DNA of 64,000 nucleotides from Candidatus Methylomirabilota bacterium (GTDB lineage: Bacteria > Methylomirabilota > Methylomirabilia > Methylomirabilales > JACPAU01). Below, one piece after another: positions 9,072 through 17,044 of this stretch. Both the position numbers and the translations under genes were made by a program. The notes below the pieces were generated by a model. That model was not told the DNA's origin, searched no databases, and worked only from the letters and a program-made list of their open reading frames with translations. The stretch lies in the NCBI GenBank assembly GCA_022614955.1, contig JAKEHP010000027.1:16555-80554 (forward strand). The letters are read 5' to 3'. Position 1 is the stretch's first letter. Every line of letters begins with the position of its first letter.

Positions 9072-9362
9072 CTACGCAGTCTGGTCTCCCACTGTGATCT
9101 CCTTCGTCCGGATGTCCCCGTGGAGAGCGGCCCGCAGGAGCGGGACGGCGCCGTACCCCTTGACGCGGGGCAGGCGCGGCGCAATGTCCAGGAGCGCCGC
9201 GGCGAGCCAGCGGTGCTTCTGGTCCGAGGTGCGCCAGCGCGTGACCTTGTCGGTTCGCTGGGCGACGGGGGCGTTGATGGACTCGAGGCAGTTGAGGACA
9301 AGTTGGGAGGCGCCGAAAGAGTGACCGGTCGAGACAACGAGACGATGTATATCGGAAGACAC
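9072..9362 (-). mobile_element. possible IS transposase C-terminal fragment (family not assignable by eye)
   Basis: Reads LESINAPVAQRTDKVTRWRTSDQKHRWLAAALLDIAPRLPRVKGYGAVPLLRAAL. This resembles the conserved tail of a transposase family I recall from actinobacterial annotations. The N-terminal catalytic part is absent. Confidence 0.35.
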
Positions 9363-9385
9363 ATGAGGGAGAAGAGAGGGAGCGA

Positions 9386-9880
9386 ATGAAGAGTCCCAGA
9401 GTGTTTCTGCTATGGGGATTGGCCCTCCTCTTGGCCGGGGTGTTCCTTGTCCTTCCGGCGCCTGCTGGCCAGTCCTTGCCGGCGACGCCGCTTCCGCTGC
9501 TTGAGGGAGGCACGCTAAACCTGCAGAGTTTGGAGGGGAGCGTCGTGGTGATCCGCTTCCTGGCTTCGTGGTGACCGCACTGCCAACGGGAGGCTCCCGT
9601 TTTCGAGGAAGTGTACCAGCGGTATAAGGGGAAAGGCGTGGCTTTCGTGGGGATCTTTGTCGGGGATACTGAGGCCAACGCGCGGGCGTTTGTCAGGACT
9701 CACCGCGTCAGCTTTCCGAACGGATATGACTGGAAGTTGGCCGTGGCCAAGCCGCTGGGTTACCGGGCGATGCCCTACACGGTGGTAATCTCAAGGCAGG
9801 GAGAGGTCGCTCACCGGTTTCACGGGCCAGTGTCCAAGGCTGACTTGATCACCGCCATTGAGCGCCTTCTCACAGGTTAG
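9386..9880 (+). CDS. exported TlpA-like thioredoxin/redoxin with in-frame UGA (predicted Sec) in a UxxC motif
   Basis: ORFs 9386..9574 and 9611..9880 share a frame across a single TGA (9572-9574). Read-through gives FLASW-U-PHCQREAPVF, the canonical WCxxC position. Signal peptide at the N-terminus. AGGGAG RBS. Confidence 0.75.
9585..9601 (+). promoter_or_regulatory. candidate bacterial SECIS hairpin
   Basis: Perfect 7-bp stem AACGGGA / UCCCGUU with loop GGC, starting 10 nt after the UGA. Confidence 0.5.
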
Positions 9881-10025
9881 CCGGTCCAGCGCCTCGCTCC
9901 GTGTGTGACCGCCGATCGCCGGCAGAGGAGCAGGCGACCTGGAGAAACTAAAACGTGCATCCCTTTGACCGGTCCGATTGAGCCGAAGCCACCCTTGGGC
10001 TCGTTGGACCAGGGGAGGTGAAGCC

Positions 10026-11402
10026 ATGAGGAGGAAGAGGGAGTTTGTCCTGCTCGTCTTCTTCTCGCTCGTAGCGGTGGTACTCTTACCCGCCCCATTA
10101 GGAGCGCAAGTGGCACAAAAGCCATCGGTCGACTCCCTGGTGGCCGACCTGACCCACCCCGATGGCGCCGTCCGCACGGAGGCCTTGAGCAGGCTGGGAC
10201 AGCTCGGCGATCGATCGGCCATTCCCGCCCTGATCGAGCTCTTGCGGTTTGATCGGGCCCTCGAGCTCAACGTCCCCCCGGTGCTTGAGCGCCTTTCGGG
10301 ACAGAAGTTTGGCGATGATTGGGCGAAGTGGGTGGAGTGGCTCGAGAGGCAGAAGAACCTTCGGCCGAATCCAGGGTTTGTCGCGTGGAAGGGGACCCTG
10401 TTTCAGCTCATCGATCCCGCCTTTGGGGAGTTCTTATACCCGGGCGTGAAACACCGGGTCCGCATCGAGGAGATCGTGTGGGGCGGGGTGATCAAGGACG
10501 GGATTCCGGCTCTCACCAACCCGCGCCACGTCAAGCCGAGCGAGGCCACCTACCTGACCCCCGATGAGCTGGTCCTCGGCCTCTCCATCAAGGGGGACCA
10601 TCGCGCCTATCCATTGAGGATCATGGACTGGCATGAGATGGCCAACGACGTCGTCGGAGGGACTCCCCTGACGATCTCCTACTGAACGCTGTGTGGATCG
10701 GCGATCCACTACGAGACCACCGTGAGTGGTACCACATACGTCTTCGGATCCTCAGGGTTTCTCTTCAGGAGCAACAAGCTCATGTACGATCAGAGCACCA
10801 AGAGCCTCTGGCACAACCTGACCGGGGAACCTGTCGTCGGCCCGCTGGCTGACAGCGGGATCAAGCTGAAGGTCGGGCCGGTCGTGACCACCACCTGGCG
10901 CGACTGGCTCCAGGCTCATCCCGATACCGTGGTGCTGGACATCAACACCGGCTATCTGAGGGACTACACCCCGGGCAGACCCTACGGCCAGTACTTCGCG
11001 AGTCCCGACACCATGTTTCCTTCCTCGCCCCGGAGCGATCGGCTGAAAACAAAAGAGCATGTGTTTGTGCTGAGGCTCGGGGGGAAGGCGAAGGCGTATC
11101 CCCTGGAGGTGCTCGCCAAGGAGCCGGTGGTGAACGACGTCTTGGCGGGGACGAACCTCGTCATCGTCGCTACTGCGGCCACCCGGACCGTCAGGGCCTT
11201 CGAGCGAGGGTCACACCGGTTCCGCCGGGGGCAGGGGGTGATGGAGCTGGTCGACACGGCGACCGGCGAGGTCTGGTCCGTCCAAGAAGAGGCATTAGTA
11301 AACCCCGCCAGCGGGCAGCGGCTCGCTCGGCTCGGTGGTCACCTGGCCTACTGGTTTGGCTGGTTCGCCTTTTATCCGCACACGGAGGTCTATGGGAAGT
11401 GA
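10026..11402 (+). CDS. DUF3179-family protein with N-terminal signal peptide and HEAT-like repeat, and in-frame UGA (predicted Sec) in the family CPLC motif
   Basis: ORFs 9978..10685 and 10722..11402 share a frame across TGA 10683-10685. Read-through gives [19 protein letters not shown] where DUF3179 proteins have (T/S)YCPLC. The rest ([42 protein letters not shown]) matches the family. Confidence 0.7.
10693..10709 (+). promoter_or_regulatory. candidate bacterial SECIS hairpin
   Basis: Perfect 7-bp stem GUGGAUC / GAUCCAC with loop GGC, starting 7 nt after the UGA. Confidence 0.5.
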
Positions 11403-11607
11403 GCGAGACGAGTGGGCCGACGGTCGTTGTGCGGGAGAAAACACCCTCGGCTGAATTTCGACATCATTAGGCATGTTCCCTTCTACTGACGCGGATCTAT
11501 CGTCTTCGACCCCAGCCCATCTCTGCCTTCATTCCTGGCAGGATGCCCAAGGCTAGCCATAGCCACTCACGGCTCGAACTGATTTTTCCCCTATTTGGCC
11601 GAAGATA

Positions 11608-14442
11608 ATGGGCCCCCTCATGAGCTCCCAGAATCGCTTATTAAGGACAGGCCCTCCGGCCGGGGCGCTGGCCCCTTCTGGGGTACCTTGGATTACTCTG
11701 TGGCTCCAACCTTTCGGCGCTCTTTTGGCTTTTGTGCTCGTCTCCCTCTTTACCGCCGTCCAGAGCGAGCTCGGGAACCATATCTCCTCAGGAGAAAGTC
11801 CCTCCTTCGAATGGATCAGAACCCATATAACCGAGCTCCTTTGGTTCGGGTTCGCGTATCTCTTGCTCGCCTCTGGGGTACAGTATCTGGGGATCCAGCT
11901 CCGTCGCCAGGATTATCCCCACGAGATGGCGGCCCTGGCCGGGGTAGAACTCATTGCCGTTGGGATGCTAGTCACGGGTCTTCTCCATCGATGGGATGAG
12001 CTATTACTCTGGGGACACGCCTTGCTTCAAGTTTCCATTCTGCTGCAGGTCTTCGTGACCTTAGGGCGCTCCAGCGTGTCAGAGCAGGATGAATCCATCC
12101 ATATTCTTGACTTGAGGGACAGAAGCCATGTCCTGTTCCTCTCATCTCTCTTCTTCCTCGCAGCAGTCCCAGCTTCCCTCGATCCTTCCTGGCAGCGAAT
12201 GCGGCATTACGTGCAGTTGGAATCCAGCTTTGAGATCATCTTAAGTCACGTGCTCCCTGCGGTGCTGTCTGGCGTAACCGGTCTTTGGTTTGGGATGGGA
12301 ACCTTGGCTCTCTTGGCAAGCTTCAAGGTATTCTGGGTTAGGCTGGGAGGCCAATCGTCGTTTAAGGGAGGTGTCTCGTTTTTGCTCTTCCTTTCGATCT
12401 CCGGGCTTTATGCGGCGATATGTCTCGCATCACTGGCTTATGCAATTGGTTGGGAGCTGAGCACACTCCGCCTCAGAGGCGCCATGCTGCCCCTTTTCAT
12501 TCTTCTTTGCGGGGGTGGAGGTGCCTTGAGTTATGTCGCCTTTCGACGGCTGGCGCCCCATGCACGCCGGGGAAGCGGACAAAGTCTGATCGGAATGACG
12601 GCCCTCTCCATGGGGGCTGTGCTTCTGTTTCCGATCACGTGGCTTCTGACCCGTCAAGGCCGCGGCCGGTGGTCCTGGCGGTTTCTCCTGGCCTCTTCCT
12701 TTTTGGGGAGCCTGTTGTTGGGGTACTACGTCGTTCGTGGTGACCTCTTCAATCCCTGGTTTACGGTGTTTTCCTATTTGAAGGGGGTTATTTTGAAGAT
12801 CACAGCGGTGATAGCAGCGGGAATCCTCGTCTTGATCTTTGAGGAGCTACGGTCAGTGAGCTCAAGGCGCTCCTCAAAGGCACGGAGGCGATGGATTGTT
12901 GTCGCGGCCATTGGCCTTGCTGGGTTTCTTCCCTTCGGGGCCCTCGAACGATACCGGGAAACCAAGGCAGCAATCTTACAGTTCAACGAGCTCAGTATGG
13001 TCGACGCCACTTATGCGAGAGTGCTTTCCGACTTCTTGGGAGTGGGAAGATGGGTTCGCCTGGGGCAGGTTCCGAAGCCCAACAACCATCAAGAACGATG
13101 GCCCCTACCCTGGACCCTGGAAAAGACAGGTCCTTCGCTCCTTCCGAGAGACTTCAATCTCGTGGTGATCGTGGTGGATGCCTTGCGTGGGGATGCCTTC
13201 CACTCTGCCGGGTATCATCGGGATCTCACCCCCTTTTTGGATACGTGGGCCAGGGAGGAAGCCATTTCGTTTCGTCGAGCTTACAGTCAGGGGGGTGGGA
13301 CTTTCGCCGCCTTTCCCTTCCTGGTTGCTGGAAGAAGCCGTCTTACCCTTTACGGGCCCAACCTGCACCACGAGAACCTCTATTTCAAGATCGCTCAGGC
13401 CGAGGGAATCCACCAGGTCATGGTGGTGAAAGAGTTCGGGCCGAGAGCCGTACTCCCCCCTGACTTTCCTGTCATCGAGTTGGGTGGATCAAGAGCTGGC
13501 ACAGATCGACGCTCTGTCCCTGCCGACGAGGTGTTCGGCTGGGCCCAAGGCGTCATTGCTAAACTTCGCAAGGGAGAACGGTTTCTAGCCTTTCTCCATC
13601 TCATGGATGTGCACAATGATCTATGGAAGAAAGCAGATGGGAGAGACTTTGGCGACAACCCGAGGGACCTCTACGACCACAACGTGTCTTATGTGGACAG
13701 AGCCTTTAGCAGGTTCGTGGCCTGGCTCAAACAACAAGGCATTTACCATCGAACCGTCATCTTGCTGACCTCGGACCATGGGGAGCAGTTCTGGGAACAT
13801 GGGGCCAGCCTTCACGGCCATACCCTGTACGAAGAGGAAATCCGAATTCCCCTGATCCTGCTGGCCCATGGCATTCGTGGACGGGTGGAGGACGTTCCGG
13901 TTGTGGCCGCGGATATGGCCCCCACCTTAGTCGAGCTGGCAGGTTACTCGGTCCATCCGCCTTACGACGATCCCCACATGGGGATCTCGCTTGTTCCCCT
14001 GCTGCTCGAAAAGGAACGGGACCGGTATCTCAAGAGGGATATTGTCGGCAGAGCGTCCTTTAAGCCCCGGTACTTCCTGTACCGAAATTGGGAATGGAAG
14101 TTGATCTATTCTGCTGACTTCGATCTGTTACAGCTATTCAATACAGTCAAGGACCCCAGGGAGAGGACGAGCCTGCTGCAGCAACAGCCGGAGCTAGCGG
14201 CTGAACTGGAAAGGGAACTGATCGGATATCTCGAACGCACGGAGCGAAAATCCCACCACCCGCTTCTTTCCAGCACTTCGTCGCAGCGCGACGATTGCCA
14301 TGCTAGGGTCGGAGGGGCAGAAGGTCAGCGGGAAGCGATGGCGGATGGCGGCGTGCGCGCGCTCGTAGCGGAAGGCGAAGGCTGGTGGGATGCAGTCACC
14401 GGAGCCGCGAAGCCCGGTTGCGTGCGCCACCTGTCCCCATGA
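11608..14442 (+). CDS. polytopic membrane protein with C-terminal sulfatase/alkaline-phosphatase-superfamily domain (LtaS/PEA-transferase-like)
   Basis: About 450 aa of TM helices, then VVIVVDALRGDAF...LLTSDHGEQFWEHGASLHGHTLYEEEIRIPL. Markedly lower GC than the flanks. The last ~50 codons are GC-rich and may be read-through into host DNA. Confidence 0.8.
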   Translation: MGPLMSSQNRLLRTGPPAGALAPSGVPWITLWLQPFGALLAFVLVSLFTAVQSELGNHISSGESPSFEWIRTHITELLWFGFAYLLLASGVQYLGIQLRRQDYPHEMAALAGVELIAVGMLVTGLLHRWDELLLWGHALLQVSILLQVFVTLGRSSVSEQDESIHILDLRDRSHVLFLSSLFFLAAVPASLDPSWQRMRHYVQLESSFEIILSHVLPAVLSGVTGLWFGMGTLALLASFKVFWVRLGGQSSFKGGVSFLLFLSISGLYAAICLASLAYAIGWELSTLRLRGAMLPLFILLCGGGGALSYVAFRRLAPHARRGSGQSLIGMTALSMGAVLLFPITWLLTRQGRGRWSWRFLLASSFLGSLLLGYYVVRGDLFNPWFTVFSYLKGVILKITAVIAAGILVLIFEELRSVSSRRSSKARRRWIVVAAIGLAGFLPFGALERYRETKAAILQFNELSMVDATYARVLSDFLGVGRWVRLGQVPKPNNHQERWPLPWTLEKTGPSLLPRDFNLVVIVVDALRGDAFHSAGYHRDLTPFLDTWAREEAISFRRAYSQGGGTFAAFPFLVAGRSRLTLYGPNLHHENLYFKIAQAEGIHQVMVVKEFGPRAVLPPDFPVIELGGSRAGTDRRSVPADEVFGWAQGVIAKLRKGERFLAFLHLMDVHNDLWKKADGRDFGDNPRDLYDHNVSYVDRAFSRFVAWLKQQGIYHRTVILLTSDHGEQFWEHGASLHGHTLYEEEIRIPLILLAHGIRGRVEDVPVVAADMAPTLVELAGYSVHPPYDDPHMGISLVPLLLEKERDRYLKRDIVGRASFKPRYFLYRNWEWKLIYSADFDLLQLFNTVKDPRERTSLLQQQPELAAELERELIGYLERTERKSHHPLLSSTSSQRDDCHARVGGAEGQREAMADGGVRALVAEGEGWWDAVTGAAKPGCVRHLSP

Positions 14443-14649
14443 CCCTACTGACACGCGGAGACGGCCGGCCAGGCGAGCGCGTAGCGCATAAGAGACATAA
14501 AGGCTCTTCTCGGACGCGGCGAGCACGGCCGCGGCCTGCGGTCCTGCCGGAAGGGAGCTGAAGTGGGCCACCATCTGGGTCACTCCCTGATACGAATGAC
14601 TCAGCGAGTTGGCTTGCGGAGGACACCCGACTGTGCTATGTCTTCATGT

Positions 14650-15040
14650 CTAGCGGCGAACCGGAAGTCGCGCCCAGCATTTTCCACATCAAACGGGACA
14701 CAACCTCGGCGACCGCCCAGGCGCTGGATCGAGCCGGCCCCATCCCCCTCCTGGCTGCCGGGGCATCACCTACTCCTGGCTGGGAGACGATCTGGGCGGC
14801 TACCGATCTGGGGGCTACGAGGCCTATTGCCGGACCCCAAGCTTCGCTCGGGGACTGCGCCGGCTGGAAGCCCTGGGCGCCGGGAGCCCCACCGCGATCC
14901 TGTGCGCCGAGCGACTCCCCTGGCGGTGCCATCGCCGGTTCATCGCGAGTGCCCTCCGGCTCCGGGGGTGGGAGGTGGTTCACACCGTCGAACGGGACCG
15001 GACCTGCGCTCCCGCTGGGGGCCAGGAAGGATACGGCTAG
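14650..15040 (+). pseudogene. DUF488-family gene, frameshifted/decayed
   Basis: Frame ending at TAG 15038-15040 reads GITYSWLGDDLGGYRSGGYEAYCRTPSFARGLRRLEALGAGSPTAILCAERLPWRCHRRFIASALRLRGWEVVHTV (DUF488 C-terminal hallmark CAE..PWRCHR). It has no start codon. Upstream DUF488-like pieces (RKSRPAFS, AQALDRAG) lie in other frames. One shift sits at a G-run near 14759-14762. Confidence 0.55.
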
Positions 15041-15126
15041 CCGCGCTTCGAATCCGGCCGCGCCCCCCTTGCATCGAACCCGGAGAAGGCGAGCGGCGCC
15101 GGCGACCTCCCCCGAAGGAGAGACCC

Positions 15127-15639
15127 ATGACCACGCACCTGCCCGGCTGGCCGCTCGCCCTCTTTCGGATCGCCTTCGGGTTCCTTTACCTGGACATGGC
15201 TTTGCAAAAAGCCCCCTGGGTGGTGACCGACGGGCACCGGTTCGGCTGGCTGTACGGGTACATCGAGAAGGAAATCGCCCACCCCACCTTTGGGTGGTAC
15301 AAGGCCCTCCTGACGAACGTCATACTCCCGAACTTCACTTTCTTCGGCACCCTGACATTTCTGACCGAGGTCGCCCTGGGGGTGAGCCTACTCCTGGGCA
15401 TCTTCACTAGGCTCGGCGGCATGGCCGGCTTCCTCTGGCAGGTCAATATCGCGCTCGGGTCCTACAGCCTGCCGGGCGAATGGTTCTGGATCTGGCCCCT
15501 GCTCACCCTCCCGCAGTTCTGCTTCGCCTTCTGCGGGGCCGGGCGGGTCTGGGGGCTCGATGCCTGGCTGGATCCCGCCCTCAGCCGCCGGGCGGAGGGT
15601 GCCCCCGCCTGGGCACGCCTGCTCCGGTACGCCGTCTGA
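15127..15639 (+). CDS. DoxX-family membrane protein
   Basis: 170 aa, 4 TM, LALFRIAFGFLYLDMALQK N-terminus. GAAGGAG RBS. Confidence 0.65.
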   Translation: MTTHLPGWPLALFRIAFGFLYLDMALQKAPWVVTDGHRFGWLYGYIEKEIAHPTFGWYKALLTNVILPNFTFFGTLTFLTEVALGVSLLLGIFTRLGGMAGFLWQVNIALGSYSLPGEWFWIWPLLTLPQFCFAFCGAGRVWGLDAWLDPALSRRAEGAPAWARLLRYAV

Positions 15640-15658
15640 GGGCCGAGGGGGAGGCAAC

Positions 15659-17023
15659 GTGGGCAGGCGGTGGGACATCCGGATCGGTCTCGGGGGGCTC
15701 GGCCTGCTCAGCCTGCTTGGCTATGGCGTCGCCTTTCCGGCGCTCGCCGGGTCGGGGGCCCGGGGGCTGGGAGGCTACGTTGGGCTCTCGCTCGGTCTCT
15801 TCGTCCTCTACCTGCTGGCGGCATGGCTGGTTCTCCGTCGCCCATCCGGTGAGCGCACGGGCCTCGCGATGATCCTCGGGTTTGGGCTATTGTTTCGCCT
15901 TGTTCTCCTCCCGACGCCGGTAATGCTGTCCACCGATCTGTACCGCTACCTGTGGGATGGGCGAGTCCAGTGGGCGGGGATCAATCCCTATCGGTACGCC
16001 CCTGCGGCGGAAGAACTGGCGCCCCTCCGCGAGCCGGGGATCGCTCCGCTCATCAACCGGCCCACGAAGCACACCGTCTATCCGCCGGGTGCCCAGGCCG
16101 CCTTCGCGCTGGTCGCGGCCATCGCGCCGAACAGCATTCTTGGCTGGCGCCTGTTCGTGCTGGGCTGTGAGGTGGGAACGGTGGTGCTGCTCCTCGGCCT
16201 CTTGCGCCGGACGGGAGTTTCCCCCGCCGCGATTCTCCTGTACGCGTGGGCGCCGCTGGTCATCTTCGAGGGAGTGCAAGCCGGCCATGTGGACGTCACG
16301 CTCCTGCCGGCGCTTCTCCTGGCGCTTTCCTGGCGGCAGGAGGGGAAGATGGCCCGGGCCGGGGCGGCCCTCGGGGCCGCGATTCTCATCAAGCTGTATC
16401 CGGCCGTCCTGCTGCCGGCCTGGTGGCGGCGCGGGGAATGGCGGTTCCCGGCGGCCTGTGTGGCCGTGGTGGCGGCGGGCTATCTGCCGTACTCCCTGGG
16501 CGTTGGACGGGGCGTCGTCGGCTTCCTCCCCGAGTATTTCGGGAGCGCCGAGGACTTCAACGTCGGGCTGCGCTTTTTCCTGACCGAAGGGATCAGGCTC
16601 GAGGGGGAGGTGGCCCGTGGCATCGCCATGCTCCTGCTCTTCGGGGTCTTGCTCCTCGTGCTTCTCCTGATTGCGCGCGGGCGAACCGAGGACTCCCCGG
16701 GCATCTTTCGGGCGGGGATGGCCGCGGTGGCGGCGTATCTGGTCCTGGTCCCCACTGCGATGCATCCGTGGTACGCGGTCTGGATCGTGCCGTTCCTGGC
16801 GGTCCGGCCCTCCCCCGCCTTCCTCTGGTTGACCGGGGCCCTTGTCCTGTCCTATCTCAAGTACTTCTGGGAGCCGGCGGGGCTCCCCCTCTGGGCGCGG
16901 GCCGTGGAGTTTCTTCCGCTCTACGGTCTCCTGGTCTGGGAGTGGCGCACGGGTCGCGCCGCCTTGGCGTCCTCGGGCCACCGGCGGGGGTGGCGGCCGG
17001 GCGTCGCGCCGAACGCGCCGTAG
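15659..17023 (+). CDS. GT-C fold glycosyltransferase (DUF2029/GT87/PIG-M-like mannosyltransferase)
   Basis: GTG start after GGGGGAGG. Polytopic. STDLYRYLWDGRVQWAGINPYRY and HTVYPPGAQ motifs are typical of DUF2029 enzymes. Confidence 0.75.
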   Translation: MGRRWDIRIGLGGLGLLSLLGYGVAFPALAGSGARGLGGYVGLSLGLFVLYLLAAWLVLRRPSGERTGLAMILGFGLLFRLVLLPTPVMLSTDLYRYLWDGRVQWAGINPYRYAPAAEELAPLREPGIAPLINRPTKHTVYPPGAQAAFALVAAIAPNSILGWRLFVLGCEVGTVVLLLGLLRRTGVSPAAILLYAWAPLVIFEGVQAGHVDVTLLPALLLALSWRQEGKMARAGAALGAAILIKLYPAVLLPAWWRRGEWRFPAACVAVVAAGYLPYSLGVGRGVVGFLPEYFGSAEDFNVGLRFFLTEGIRLEGEVARGIAMLLLFGVLLLVLLLIARGRTEDSPGIFRAGMAAVAAYLVLVPTAMHPWYAVWIVPFLAVRPSPAFLWLTGALVLSYLKYFWEPAGLPLWARAVEFLPLYGLLVWEWRTGRAALASSGHRRGWRPGVAPNAP

Positions 17024-17044
17024 CAGGCCCGTGGGACCATACCC

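Noticed and set aside
14194-14583. 129-aa minus-strand ORF overlapping the 3' end of the sulfatase-family gene.
   Set aside because: No family recognised. Its C-terminal third runs antisense through clearly coding, low-GC sulfatase sequence. At most the GC-rich 5' ~100 codons are a stub of a disrupted host gene. Not annotated as a CDS.
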